This document shows, one piece after another, positions 49,789 through 59,830 of a DNA stretch of 64,000 nucleotides (positions are counted from its first letter, which is position 1; each line of letters begins with the position of its first letter). The notes under the pieces were generated by a model. That model was not told the DNA's origin. It saw nothing but the letters and a program-made list of their open reading frames with translations, and did not search any database. The translations under genes and the position numbers were made by a program. The stretch covers positions 276,345 to 340,344 of the IMG/VR virus record IMGVR_UViG_3300050120_000152. One strand, given 5' to 3'.

Positions 49789-50880
49789 ATGCCAATCCCA
49801 ATTAATATTTTCGGCAACCATGCCATAGTTACGCCAGACGGTTCAACAGTTCCCATTACTGATGCTACTCTTGCCGTTCAATTTACAGCATTAACACCGT
49901 CAGTACAAAACCAACAGATCGCCACCATTACAGAAGATTATATTATGAATATAGGATCAGCATCCTCTAAAGGATTGACTGATCTTACATCCAAGATTTT
50001 ATCATCTGCCAGTGCTACCAGTGGCGGTGAAATGGGGGCTAAATTAGATGAATTAATCGATACTACTAAAGGCATGTCAGTTGATAATTTTCAAGCTAAT
50101 CCCTTAACAAAATTCTTTAACAAAGCATTACGTATGAAAGATCATGCTATGGAAACTTTCCAGACAGCTAATGATCGCGTCAATATTCTTGTTGCGCAGC
50201 TTGAAAAAGAGCGTAATGGGCAAGATAGTGATAGAAAATCTATTGATGCATTGGCACAGCAAAATTACGAATATTGCAAAGCTATTATAGTAGAAATTGA
50301 TGATGCTAAGGAAAAGTATGCCACACTTGGCAATGCTATTGGTAAATTTGGTACCAGCGATCAATCACCAGATTTTGAACAGGCAAAAATCTTAGATGAT
50401 TTACAAACTAAGTATGATATGCTTGAAAAGAAAATTGTAGATTTAGAAGCCAATAAACTTCTTTCTATGAACATGGAACCGAAATTAAAGTTAATGAAGC
50501 AAGGTTCTATCAGTCTTATTGGTACATTCGATAATATCGTAGGTAAAATTGTACCATTATATATGCAACAATTTGCAGCTTATTTGATTATGCAACGTCA
50601 AACTCAAACTGCTGCTGTAGGCGACAAGGCAATTGCTATGTTCAACCAGCAAATTATTGCTGGTAGTAATAAGGCAGCAGCAAACGCAGAAGCTATTGCA
50701 CAATTAAGTCAAAAGCAAATTATTGATGTAGACACTTTGAAGAAAGATCATGAGAATGTGGTTAATTCTCTCGATAAGGTAAAGCAAATTGCACTCGATG
50801 CAAGAACCAACCGCAAGGCCATCATGCAAGAAATCCAAACGATGGAACAAGATACAATTAACGCATTTTCTAAACATTAA
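49789..50880 (+). CDS. Toxic anion resistance protein, TelA-like
   Basis: Coiled-coil protein with IIDVDTLKK C-terminal motif, in ter context. Confidence 0.75.
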   Translation: MPIPINIFGNHAIVTPDGSTVPITDATLAVQFTALTPSVQNQQIATITEDYIMNIGSASSKGLTDLTSKILSSASATSGGEMGAKLDELIDTTKGMSVDNFQANPLTKFFNKALRMKDHAMETFQTANDRVNILVAQLEKERNGQDSDRKSIDALAQQNYEYCKAIIVEIDDAKEKYATLGNAIGKFGTSDQSPDFEQAKILDDLQTKYDMLEKKIVDLEANKLLSMNMEPKLKLMKQGSISLIGTFDNIVGKIVPLYMQQFAAYLIMQRQTQTAAVGDKAIAMFNQQIIAGSNKAAANAEAIAQLSQKQIIDVDTLKKDHENVVNSLDKVKQIALDARTNRKAIMQEIQTMEQDTINAFSKH

Positions 50881-50895
50881 ACTAAGGAATTAAAT

Positions 50896-51708
50896 ATGAC
50901 TGCAACAAATAAAATTAGCCTTTTGAAGGCCCAATCAGATAAAGTTAAAATTTCACTTGAAAAGCGTCAAGTATTAACTGCGCCAATCGTTCGTGTTGGC
51001 GAAGCATTGGATATCAGTGGTTCTATGAATCACGCATATCAGAATGGTGATGTTTCTAAGATCGTATTTCGTACATTAGCATTAGCCAATATCTTCGATG
51101 ATAATGGTGAAATGGATATGTGGGCATTCAATACCGATGTTACTCAACTAGAATCTGCCACCCCAAACAATTTCGATCAGTTTGTTAATGATGAAGTCAT
51201 TCATGGTGTAGGTATTGGTGGCGGCACTCGTTATAGTCCATGTTTAGAAGCTATTAGCGAATTTTATTTCCCCGCACATCCAGCTACTACTTCCGCTACT
51301 TCCGCTACTTCCGCTGTTTCTGCACCAAAGAAAGGATTCTTATCTAAGTTGTTTGGCAAGTCTGCCCCAGAATCGCAGGTAGTCGTACCGATCCTTAAAG
51401 GCACCCCACAGGCTGCTGTTGCGAATGTTGATCCAGCCACTATTCCGGCACTTGCCATCTTTATTACGGATGGTGAAAACGATATTAATGACGTTTCCGC
51501 TGCTGAACGTGTGTTGAAGAATGCACAAAATAAAGAAATCTATTGGCTACTGGTTGGCATTGGGCATAGTAACTTCACATGGTTAGAAAAAATGGCTGAC
51601 AAGTATCCTAATGTTGGATTCTTGAGTTTTGAACATCTTGACATGTCAGATGAAGAGCTTTATGATGGTGTCATCAGCGAAGAGTTTGTGAACTGGATTA
51701 AGAAATAA
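50896..51708 (+). CDS. vWA domain protein (TerF/TerY-associated type)
   Basis: LDISGSM MIDAS motif, FDDNGEMD, GGTRY, FITDGE, VGIG. Confidence 0.85.
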   Translation: MTATNKISLLKAQSDKVKISLEKRQVLTAPIVRVGEALDISGSMNHAYQNGDVSKIVFRTLALANIFDDNGEMDMWAFNTDVTQLESATPNNFDQFVNDEVIHGVGIGGGTRYSPCLEAISEFYFPAHPATTSATSATSAVSAPKKGFLSKLFGKSAPESQVVVPILKGTPQAAVANVDPATIPALAIFITDGENDINDVSAAERVLKNAQNKEIYWLLVGIGHSNFTWLEKMADKYPNVGFLSFEHLDMSDEELYDGVISEEFVNWIKK

Positions 51709-51762
51709 TTCAATTCACTATAAACAATAACATTAAATAAATTATAAATTAGGGAACAAAAT

Positions 51763-52392
51763 ATGAGTATTTCATTACAGAAAAAAGAAAAAATTTCATT
51801 GACCAAAGGTACACCGGGTCTTAAAAATATCCTTGTTGAATTGACATGGAGTGTTGATCCAACTACGATTCCAAAAAATGCAGTAAATCCAAAAGGTCTT
51901 TTTGATGCTGATTTGAGTGCATTCGTTTGCGAAACACGAAATGTTAAAGGTCAACCAACATCACAGGTTATTGATGATGTGTTTACATGTTTCTTCAATA
52001 ATCCTCAGACTGCTGACGGTGCTGTTGTATCGTTGGATGGTGATGATGCCGGTAATGATGGTGACGGTAAGGAAGAAATTGCAGTTGATTTGAGTAAGCT
52101 TGATAAGCGAGCGTCTGAAATTGCATTCGTAGCAACCATTGATAAGGGTGACGTTCGGCATCAATCATATGGTCAGATCACTGGTGGTAGCATCAAGGCT
52201 ATCAATCAGGATACTGGCGACGTGTTGGCCGAATTCAAGTATGGTAATAGTGCATATACTACCGAAACGGCTATTCAGGTTGCTTCCTTGGTAAGTGATG
52301 GTAATGGTGGATGGGAATTTCATGCAAATGGTGACGGTGGAGTAAAAACGTTTATTGATATTGCAACTCAAGATTTTGGGTTCCCAGCCTAA
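51763..52392 (+). CDS. TerD/TerE-family protein
   Basis: ISLQKKEKISLTK..DADLSAF..FFNN..GDD..GDGKEEI..WEFHA. Confidence 0.88.
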   Translation: MSISLQKKEKISLTKGTPGLKNILVELTWSVDPTTIPKNAVNPKGLFDADLSAFVCETRNVKGQPTSQVIDDVFTCFFNNPQTADGAVVSLDGDDAGNDGDGKEEIAVDLSKLDKRASEIAFVATIDKGDVRHQSYGQITGGSIKAINQDTGDVLAEFKYGNSAYTTETAIQVASLVSDGNGGWEFHANGDGGVKTFIDIATQDFGFPA

Positions 52393-52399
52393 AGTTAAC

Positions 52400-52426
52400 A
52401 AAAAGGGGAGTTTACTCCCCTTTTTC
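52400..52426 (+). terminator. Intrinsic terminator
   Basis: AAAAAGGGGAG-TTTA-CTCCCCTTTTT. Confidence 0.8.
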
Positions 52427-52447
52427 ATTTATATAATAAGATAAAAA

Positions 52448-53233
52448 ATGATAATGATAAAATTTAAACCGCCATCCATTGCCGCTCCAATTAATCAAGA
52501 TCATACTTCTCATATAAAGTTTGGTCAAACGCCTAATACGGTTACCGCAATTCCATCAACCCCAGTGCATGAACATGCTATATTTTCATCTTCCATTGAC
52601 CCAACATTTGATAAGGTAATTAATTATATTAAAAATAATTATATCAATATTTTTAATGATAATGAGCGCCGTATTCGCAATATGGTTAAACAGTTGCTCC
52701 CATGTGAATTAAATACTATCATGGGATGGGGTGAAGATGCTTTGATTGAGCAACGTGATATACTTAAAGTTGTAACTTCTCGTATGAGTGAGTTTTCTCA
52801 ATTGAATGGCAATGAATTGCTTCAAGAGGTTTTAAATAGTGCTAATAAGGCTAACCAGACTGGATTATTACAGCGTCTGACGAATACCTTGTATAAGCCA
52901 CAAGAAACTTACGGGAACCGTGTGGCGTCTCTTAAAATTAGACTGAAAGGTATATTTGATCCTATCCAAGACTACAATCAAAAGATCAAGGACAGTACAT
53001 TGCCATTATGGTCAGCAACGATTGCAGCTGTAAATGAATGTACCACTATTTCCGATAATACTACGGATGAAGCTATTCTTAATAGGCGTCAACTGTTGCG
53101 TCAAGCATTACAAAATCTTCAAGTAGCGGAAGCACAATTGGAGCAAACAAAGACTCTAATTGTTAAGCAGCAGACTCAGGTTGACTATATTATGAATGTT
53201 GTGTTACCATCACTTGACTTGGCGAAACCGTAA
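52448..53233 (+). CDS. Hypothetical helical protein, possibly TelA-related
   Basis: Coiled-coil ORF next to the ter cluster. Confidence 0.5.
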   Translation: MIMIKFKPPSIAAPINQDHTSHIKFGQTPNTVTAIPSTPVHEHAIFSSSIDPTFDKVINYIKNNYINIFNDNERRIRNMVKQLLPCELNTIMGWGEDALIEQRDILKVVTSRMSEFSQLNGNELLQEVLNSANKANQTGLLQRLTNTLYKPQETYGNRVASLKIRLKGIFDPIQDYNQKIKDSTLPLWSATIAAVNECTTISDNTTDEAILNRRQLLRQALQNLQVAEAQLEQTKTLIVKQQTQVDYIMNVVLPSLDLAKP

Positions 53234-53571
53234 TGATGGAAAGAGAATGGTCATGGCATAAAAATTCACCCACTATAGTATGTTCAAATGATTTTGAACA
53301 TGATGCATGCTATAGTGTTAGGGGTGATTGGGGTAATGATTCACTACCACCAGCCTATTTGCAATATTTGACTAATGCACTAAATAATTATAATGATTTG
53401 TTATATAAACAAGGAGCAGATATGGCTAGGTTTATGTATGAACGATCACTGATAGATTTAGTGTCAGAAATAAATTACAATGAAAATGACGCTATTAGTG
53501 TTGCTCCTTATGATAATCCAAAAATGTTGGAAGTATGGGTTAAAGGTTTCAAATCAGTTATTGTTAAATAA
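53233..53571 (+). CDS. Hypothetical protein
   Basis: TAATG-coupled ORF. Confidence 0.55.
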   Translation: MMEREWSWHKNSPTIVCSNDFEHDACYSVRGDWGNDSLPPAYLQYLTNALNNYNDLLYKQGADMARFMYERSLIDLVSEINYNENDAISVAPYDNPKMLEVWVKGFKSVIVK

Positions 53572-53574
53572 TAT

Positions 53575-53651
53575 ACTGTTGTCGTCTAGTGGTCTAGGAC
53601 ACTTCACTCTCAATGAAGATAACGCCAGTTCGAATCTGGTCAGCAGTACCA
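53575..53651 (+). tRNA. tRNA-Glu(CTC)
   Basis: ACTGTTG/CAGCAGT, TCGTCTAGTGGTCTAGGAC, CTTCA-CTCTCAA-TGAAG, ACCA. Confidence 0.92.
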
Positions 53652-53752
53652 TATAAAGATGAGAAAGATTTTAAGACATTGAAAGCTATGCACGAAGCAT
53701 ATGCCCCATTGTTAGATAAGATGGTATAAATATTGTAAATGAGATTATAAAA

Positions 53753-54256
53753 ATGAAGATACAGAATATTTTATTTGAACGGTTTAACGACGATGACGAT
53801 TATAGTTCCGAGCCATCAGATTTAAAGTCCGGTTATAGGCGGGGAGAACATCAACAAAATGAGCATACTGTAACAGTAGGAAACTGGCAAATAAAATTTA
53901 AAACATTTCAAGAAACTATCCATTCGCCAACCCGCTATTCATTCCATAGCCCGCCTGAAGGCGAAAGTTATGCTGGTGATGTTAAGTCAATGCAAATTGA
54001 TACAATTATTGTCCCATCTGCAAACTTTGATGTTCCAGATTTAGAATATAAAGTCGATTTTCCAGTGAATAAAAATGAAATCCATGATTTTACTAATTAT
54101 ATGATTTCATATGGCGATGATAATTATGAAGGTGCAGATAAAGACCAATATAATAAATTAATCGGATATACATTCCATAATAACCCTGATACAGCTCAAA
54201 AAATATTTTCGGCAATGGCAAAAGAAGCTAACAATGTGTATAAAGGTGAAGTTTAA
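53753..54256 (+). CDS. Hypothetical late protein (MKIQNILFE N-terminus)
   Basis: TATAAATA at 53725. Confidence 0.65.
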   Translation: MKIQNILFERFNDDDDYSSEPSDLKSGYRRGEHQQNEHTVTVGNWQIKFKTFQETIHSPTRYSFHSPPEGESYAGDVKSMQIDTIIVPSANFDVPDLEYKVDFPVNKNEIHDFTNYMISYGDDNYEGADKDQYNKLIGYTFHNNPDTAQKIFSAMAKEANNVYKGEV

Positions 54257-54266
54257 GTTTTAAATT

Positions 54267-54590
54267 ATGAAATTAAAAACTTTACATGAAGGTCTTCAAC
54301 CTATAAAAAATATAATTTATCAGGATGATATTGGCTACATTAAAGGGTATCTTAAACCAAATGGGTATTGGTTCATAGAAACATTTTATATCAATCCAGA
54401 GTTTAGAGGAAAAGGATTGGCTAAAGACTTGGCTAAGCATATTCCTCAGAAAGCTGAATTATTAGCACAACCATTAATCGTTAAAGGTCAACAAGGATTA
54501 GATCGTCAACTATTAATTAATTTTTATAAAAGCATAGGATTTAAAAAATTCCCAGATTCTAATGATAATATGATCATGCGTCGAGACTGA
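54267..54590 (+). CDS. GNAT-family acetyltransferase
   Basis: FYINPEFRGKGLA..LINFYKSIGF. Confidence 0.85.
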   Translation: MKLKTLHEGLQPIKNIIYQDDIGYIKGYLKPNGYWFIETFYINPEFRGKGLAKDLAKHIPQKAELLAQPLIVKGQQGLDRQLLINFYKSIGFKKFPDSNDNMIMRRD

Positions 54591-54671
54591 ACAAATCCTT
54601 AATACGTTATATAAAAGCCTTGCATCTGCAAGGCTTTTTTCGTATGATTACACCTTCACCAAGGATATTAC

Positions 54672-55952
54672 ATGTCAAAGAAATATGCCATGCTCGTTAA
54701 GGTCAATGTTGGCGATAATAACAATAAATTCTATGAAATCATTTGGAATGATGATGATAGCGTTACAGCCCGATATGGCCGCAATGGCGATAATGGAGTA
54801 ACCGAGCAGAAAGGTTACGGTGAAGCGGCCTTCAATAAGGTGTATAAAGCGAAGACTGGAGCCAGCAAAGGCTATAAAGAAGTTGATGTTCTAACTAATC
54901 AAGGTGGAACGACACCAAAAGCAGTTACTAAATCGGTATCATCCTTGGCAGAAATCGCAAAACGTGACGTAAGCAAAGGTAATCCTTTACTCGCTAACTT
55001 GATGGATCAGTTGGCAAAAATCAATAAGTATCAACTATTACAGGCCACTGGTGACCAGATTGACATTGTTGATGGTGTTGTTCAGACGGTGCTTGGCCCT
55101 ATTACTCTTGATGCCGTTGCGAAAGCACGCTCAGAACTATTACTATTGGATAAGTTTATTACCAATAATGATTTTGGTGATAAGTTCGGCGAGCATTTAA
55201 ATCAATATTTAACTTATGTTCCACAGAAGGTTCCGCGTAAACGTGGATGGGATCAAAACTTTTTTACGGAAGTAACATCTTTCCAAGCCCAGAATGGTTT
55301 ATTAGATCAAATTGAAGGTTCTATTAAAAACTATAAGCCTATTGATCCAGTGGTTGATGGTAGTTTACCTGAACCGGCTAAAATCTTTGGTCATAGTCTT
55401 GAATTGGTGGAAGACGGTGCAACTATTGATCGAATCAAGAAATTCTATGCTTCCAATATGAATAGAAGTCATGCATGTTCACATCTCACATTGAAACGTG
55501 TTTATGCAGTTTCCAACCCTGATGCATTAAACAAATATGAATCAATTTATTCAAAAATAGGAAATGAAAAAGAGTTATGGCACGGAACGCAGGCGGTAAA
55601 TATTTTATCAATTCTTAAAGGCGGATTAATTATCCCTAATTCTGGTGGTAATTATAATATTACTGGACGCATGTTTTATAACGGAATCTATCATTCCGAT
55701 CAAAGCACTAAAGCATTAAATTATGCATACGGTTATTGGAATGGAACTAAAAATAATAATTGCTTCATGTTTTTGTGTCGAACGGCAATGGGTAAAGAAT
55801 ATATCCCAAATGCACCATTTAGTAAACCAATTCCAAAAGGCTATGATTCATGTTTTGCTATTGGTGGTAAAAGTGGTGTACAAAATAATGAAATGATTGT
55901 ATATGATGTTAATCAAACGTATTTAAATTATTTATGTGAGTTTGATTCATGA
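54672..55952 (+). CDS. Poly(ADP-ribose) polymerase-like protein (WGR + regulatory + PARP catalytic domain)
   Basis: NNNKFYEI..YGRNG (WGR), YLTYVP, LWHGT..SILKGGL..GRMFYNGIYHSD..KALNYA..NNEMIVY (H-Y-E triad). Confidence 0.9.
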   Translation: MSKKYAMLVKVNVGDNNNKFYEIIWNDDDSVTARYGRNGDNGVTEQKGYGEAAFNKVYKAKTGASKGYKEVDVLTNQGGTTPKAVTKSVSSLAEIAKRDVSKGNPLLANLMDQLAKINKYQLLQATGDQIDIVDGVVQTVLGPITLDAVAKARSELLLLDKFITNNDFGDKFGEHLNQYLTYVPQKVPRKRGWDQNFFTEVTSFQAQNGLLDQIEGSIKNYKPIDPVVDGSLPEPAKIFGHSLELVEDGATIDRIKKFYASNMNRSHACSHLTLKRVYAVSNPDALNKYESIYSKIGNEKELWHGTQAVNILSILKGGLIIPNSGGNYNITGRMFYNGIYHSDQSTKALNYAYGYWNGTKNNNCFMFLCRTAMGKEYIPNAPFSKPIPKGYDSCFAIGGKSGVQNNEMIVYDVNQTYLNYLCEFDS

Positions 55953-56940
55953 TATTTGATATGATTTTATTAATATCAATATTTTGTGATAATGGGATTT
56001 TGGTTGAAGACGGATTCTCCCAAACCACATTCAATATATAACCTTTTGATTTTATATAATCATGCTTTTCTTTATCCTTATCCCAAATCTCTTGAGCAGT
56101 CATATTCATTTTCTTATTTAAATATGAAGCTTCGTAAATATTTGGGTCTGCATGGTAATAATGACCATTATATTCTAAACAATATTTTATATTAGTGATA
56201 ACGAAATCATAGCTCATATATCTACCAACACCATACAATCCAAATTCTTTATTTAATTCATGAAAATATGTATGTTCTTGTAATTCTTTTGGTAATTTAT
56301 TATATATTTTCCAAAAATATTCTTGTGAAGATTTTGAATGAAATCCCATTTTGTTACCATTGGCAGCTTTGGTCTTTAAACTTTTTTCTATGATTTCTCG
56401 ATTACCAAAAACGCATTCTGATCCATATCGCTCTAATGATGTAACTTTAATTTTATCTCTTACTATTTTAGATGATGATGCATTTGCCACACCATACCGT
56501 TCAAGATTTGTTATAATAGATTTATTTTTAATTTTGTCAGATTGAAACACATTAGAGCAACCATACATATCGGTTACGGTATTTACACGTTTCTGAATAA
56601 TATCTTTATGCATTAAATGGTGTTCTACACCATATTTCTCTTTAGATGTTTCTTTACACAATTGTTGACGACTAGATTTTTTGCAATAGTCTGATGGAGA
56701 TGATTGTATAGGTATGTCATATTCTTTAAGTTTTGATATTACTAATCTTGTTTTCTCTAAACCAAGTAATTTTGCAATAAACATCATAGATTCGCCGCCA
56801 TTGACATAATGTTCAATTAAATATTCTTTTGTCAAAATATATTTGCATTTATTAATAAAGGAATTATACTCCACACATAGTCTATAATGTGTTGGCATAT
56901 TGACTGACACCAATTTTTTGCAATGTTTACATATATTCAT
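55909..56940 (-). CDS. Putative homing endonuclease (EKYG-repeat + PD-(D/E)XK/Vsr-like nuclease)
   Basis: KETSKEKYGV/TNLERYGV repeats and YDF..LEYNGHYYHAD..WDKD..K..VVWE. Antisense insertion with late promoter. Confidence 0.75.
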   Translation of the reverse strand: MNICKHCKKLVSVNMPTHYRLCVEYNSFINKCKYILTKEYLIEHYVNGGESMMFIAKLLGLEKTRLVISKLKEYDIPIQSSPSDYCKKSSRQQLCKETSKEKYGVEHHLMHKDIIQKRVNTVTDMYGCSNVFQSDKIKNKSIITNLERYGVANASSSKIVRDKIKVTSLERYGSECVFGNREIIEKSLKTKAANGNKMGFHSKSSQEYFWKIYNKLPKELQEHTYFHELNKEFGLYGVGRYMSYDFVITNIKYCLEYNGHYYHADPNIYEASYLNKKMNMTAQEIWDKDKEKHDYIKSKGYILNVVWENPSSTKIPLSQNIDINKIISNIMNQTHINNLNTFD

Positions 56941-57070
56941 AATTATTATCCATTCATCATCTATTTATATCTCTACTGGTATAATGTTTGTTGATGGATA
57001 TGATACAAAATAACGCCTTGCATTAATATAGATATCGTAGTACAATTAACTTAACTATAAAGAGAACTCC

Positions 57071-57892
57071 ATGAACGAAAAAATAGCAGCAAACCCAGTA
57101 TTACAAATAGCCAAAGTTGACTTTGGTGGAATGTTCCAGACCTATGAAATGCTACTTAAAGTTTTCAATGAAGCCGTAGCCAATCTATGGTGTGGTAATG
57201 ATGAATTTGAACCTGCTGGATACCATACACGTTTTACCAGTTTGATTAAGAATGGTCGTTTGGATGCTTTTGACATTGTTGAGATAGTCATTGCCCTTGA
57301 AGATGAATTCAGTATTGATATTCCTGAAACTGTATTTGATGAATCTGTTACTGTTTCAGATTTTATTGAAAGAGTAGCGAAAATTACCGGCGATCTTGCT
57401 CCACAGCCAGTCGCAGCACCAGTACCCGTTGCTGTTCCAGTTAACGATACAAGTCACGATAATGATTATGGTATTCTTGTTATTCCTTCATTGGAAGAGC
57501 ATGGACGTTTGATTATTTCTCAGCCGGTATCCATTGCTGAAGCAAAAATTTTGGTTAATGAATTCAATGATCGTGTATTCAATAGTCGAAAAATAAAGGA
57601 TGGCAACCCCGATTCTGATGATCTTGCTGATGACAATATTGAATTTTTCCATAATGTCATTCGTTTTGATCAACTTAATCAAGGTACAGATTTTGATGCT
57701 ATGGATGCAGAATTGGAAGCGTTGAATAACTGTCAAGTTCCAAAGACTCGTGGATTCCGAGCCACCTTTATCTCACCTACGACGATTGGTATTGGTACCA
57801 CGGTAATTTACAATAAGAATTGGGCAACGGTAAACTTCAGTGATCCGACAATGTATGACCAACTAAAGAACATTGCTGACGCCCACAAGTAA
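57071..57892 (+). CDS. Acyl-carrier-protein-like domain fused to unknown domain
   Basis: LDAFDIVEIVIALEDEFSIDIPE..TVSD ACP pattern, but Ala at the Ser attachment site. Confidence 0.65.
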   Translation: MNEKIAANPVLQIAKVDFGGMFQTYEMLLKVFNEAVANLWCGNDEFEPAGYHTRFTSLIKNGRLDAFDIVEIVIALEDEFSIDIPETVFDESVTVSDFIERVAKITGDLAPQPVAAPVPVAVPVNDTSHDNDYGILVIPSLEEHGRLIISQPVSIAEAKILVNEFNDRVFNSRKIKDGNPDSDDLADDNIEFFHNVIRFDQLNQGTDFDAMDAELEALNNCQVPKTRGFRATFISPTTIGIGTTVIYNKNWATVNFSDPTMYDQLKNIADAHK

Positions 57893-57934
57893 CAAAAAAG
57901 GCCGGATTATCCGGCCTTTTTCTAGGAGTTTAAT

Positions 57935-59251
57935 ATGAAAAAAATTATTTTAATTGGTGGTGGAACCTTCTCACATGTGAGAAGCCATTTATCATTGGCG
58001 GCACCAGCATTCGGTACTACGGTAAATATTCTTGAGACGATGTTTAATCATGTTAATACTGATATGGATTATTTTAATAATAAAATGTATGAAGCATTAC
58101 AACACACTTCTGCACTATCACGGGCACCAAATCTTCGTAGTGTAGTTCATGTGGTTAAATATTTGACTAAGATGGCAGACCCAATCTCATCAATTGTAAC
58201 AAATGAGGATGTTTCCGATCTTATCGATAAATTACTTTTAGATACAGATGTTAAGGTCATCGTATTCAACCCAGCATTGGTTGATTATGACGGTCAGACT
58301 GGTATGTGTGAGTCTAATAAGCATGCTAGACGTTTAGAAACTAAGGATGGTAACACGGTCATCAACATTACACCAAGTAAGAAAATTATTGGTAAAATAC
58401 GCAAGGATAGAAAAGATATTTTTGTGGTAGGATTTAAAACTACATGCAATGAATCATCCGATGTTCAATATCTGAAGGGTTTGGAATTGCTAAAGAAGAA
58501 TTCACTGAATCTTGTCGTAGCCAATGATACTGTTACTCATAATAATATGATCATTGCTCCCGAAGAAACACGTTACTGTGAGACTAAGGATCGTATGGAA
58601 TTGCTTACATTCTTGGTTAAGATGATTGAATATCGTTCTACGAACACCTTTACCCGTTCTACAGTTATTCCGGGTGAAGCCATTGATTGGAACGGTGAAT
58701 TAGTATCCTCAACATTACGCGAAGTTGTTAATCATTGTATCAAGGAAGGGGCATATAAAGAATTTTTAGGTAAGACTGCTGGGCATTTTGCAACAAAAAT
58801 TGGCGATAACGAAATTCTTACAAGTATTCGAAAAACAAATTATAATCATTTAGATGAAATTGGGTTAGTTAAAATAGAATCTAAAAATACTGATGAAGTA
58901 ATAGCACATGGATTTAAGCCATCTGTTGGGGGTCAGTCGCAGCGTATTATTTTCAAAGAACATCCTGAAATGGATAGTATCGTTCATTTTCACTGCCCTG
59001 TGAAGGAAGGTGTTGAAGTATCGACAAGACCACAATGGCAAAACTCATGTGGTAGTTTTCAATGCGGTCAGAACACATCTGATGGCTTATGCGAAATAAA
59101 TTTAGGTGATGGTGATAAACTGAAAGTTGTTTATTTAGATAATCATGGGCCTAATATTGTTTTTAATAGTAGAATAAATCCTAAAAAAGTCATTGACTAT
59201 ATTGATCAGACATTTGATCTTAAAAGTAAAACAGGTGGTATGGTTGCATGA
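57935..59251 (+). CDS. CoaB/DFP-like ligase domain fused to class II aldolase-like domain
   Basis: IGGGT..VR..A.GTT, PALVDY, VGFKTT..LVVAND, then C-terminal PSV..IFKEHPEMDSIVHFH. Confidence 0.7.
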   Translation: MKKIILIGGGTFSHVRSHLSLAAPAFGTTVNILETMFNHVNTDMDYFNNKMYEALQHTSALSRAPNLRSVVHVVKYLTKMADPISSIVTNEDVSDLIDKLLLDTDVKVIVFNPALVDYDGQTGMCESNKHARRLETKDGNTVINITPSKKIIGKIRKDRKDIFVVGFKTTCNESSDVQYLKGLELLKKNSLNLVVANDTVTHNNMIIAPEETRYCETKDRMELLTFLVKMIEYRSTNTFTRSTVIPGEAIDWNGELVSSTLREVVNHCIKEGAYKEFLGKTAGHFATKIGDNEILTSIRKTNYNHLDEIGLVKIESKNTDEVIAHGFKPSVGGQSQRIIFKEHPEMDSIVHFHCPVKEGVEVSTRPQWQNSCGSFQCGQNTSDGLCEINLGDGDKLKVVYLDNHGPNIVFNSRINPKKVIDYIDQTFDLKSKTGGMVA

Positions 59252-59499
59252 AAACTTACAATGTAAAAATTATAATACCCGATGATATAGCTGATACAAG
59301 AAAATTAGATAGTGATTTAGAATTTTATGAGGGTTACGGTTCAGTACAATATCAAACGTGGCGCAATTTATGTGAATTAAAACAATTACCTTATAACGGC
59401 GGTTTTGAAGCTATTTTTACTTTTAATAATGAAAAGAACGCGCATACATTTAATAATATTTGGGATAAGGATATAGAAGGTATATCAGATGAAATATAA
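59248..59499 (+). CDS. Hypothetical protein
   Basis: ATGA-coupled ORF. Confidence 0.5.
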   Translation: MKTYNVKIIIPDDIADTRKLDSDLEFYEGYGSVQYQTWRNLCELKQLPYNGGFEAIFTFNNEKNAHTFNNIWDKDIEGISDEI

Positions 59500-59830
59500 C
59501 TTTGTTAAAGCTGGGGATCATTTAGTTAATTTAGATTTTATAGCATCTATTGATACCAAAGAACTTCAAAATTTGAAATTAACTCTAAATTTCTTTAGTG
59601 GTAATACCGAAACCGTAGAGGGTTTAGATGCTATTGAAATTGTTATGAAAGCTAACCCTGCCATGTTTGAAGGCAAACGTATGAATTTCCCTAAGAGGAG
59701 TTGGATCGTACATAATCTTATAGCTCATCCAATCATGCAGATATTGGCTTTGATAGGTCTTAAGCGTCAAGCTATGTGGATACATGACAGCACCATACCA
59801 AGACCATTAGGAATATATAATGCAAAATGA
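59489..59830 (+). CDS. Hypothetical protein (VHNLIAHP..HD motif)
   Basis: Overlapping ORF in the operon. Confidence 0.6.
   Translation: MKYNFVKAGDHLVNLDFIASIDTKELQNLKLTLNFFSGNTETVEGLDAIEIVMKANPAMFEGKRMNFPKRSWIVHNLIAHPIMQILALIGLKRQAMWIHDSTIPRPLGIYNAK

Noticed and set aside
51287-51315. 9-nt tandem repeat (TACTTCCGC x3) in the vWA gene
   Set aside because: In-frame low-complexity linker expansion (TSA repeats) with no sign of a separate function.
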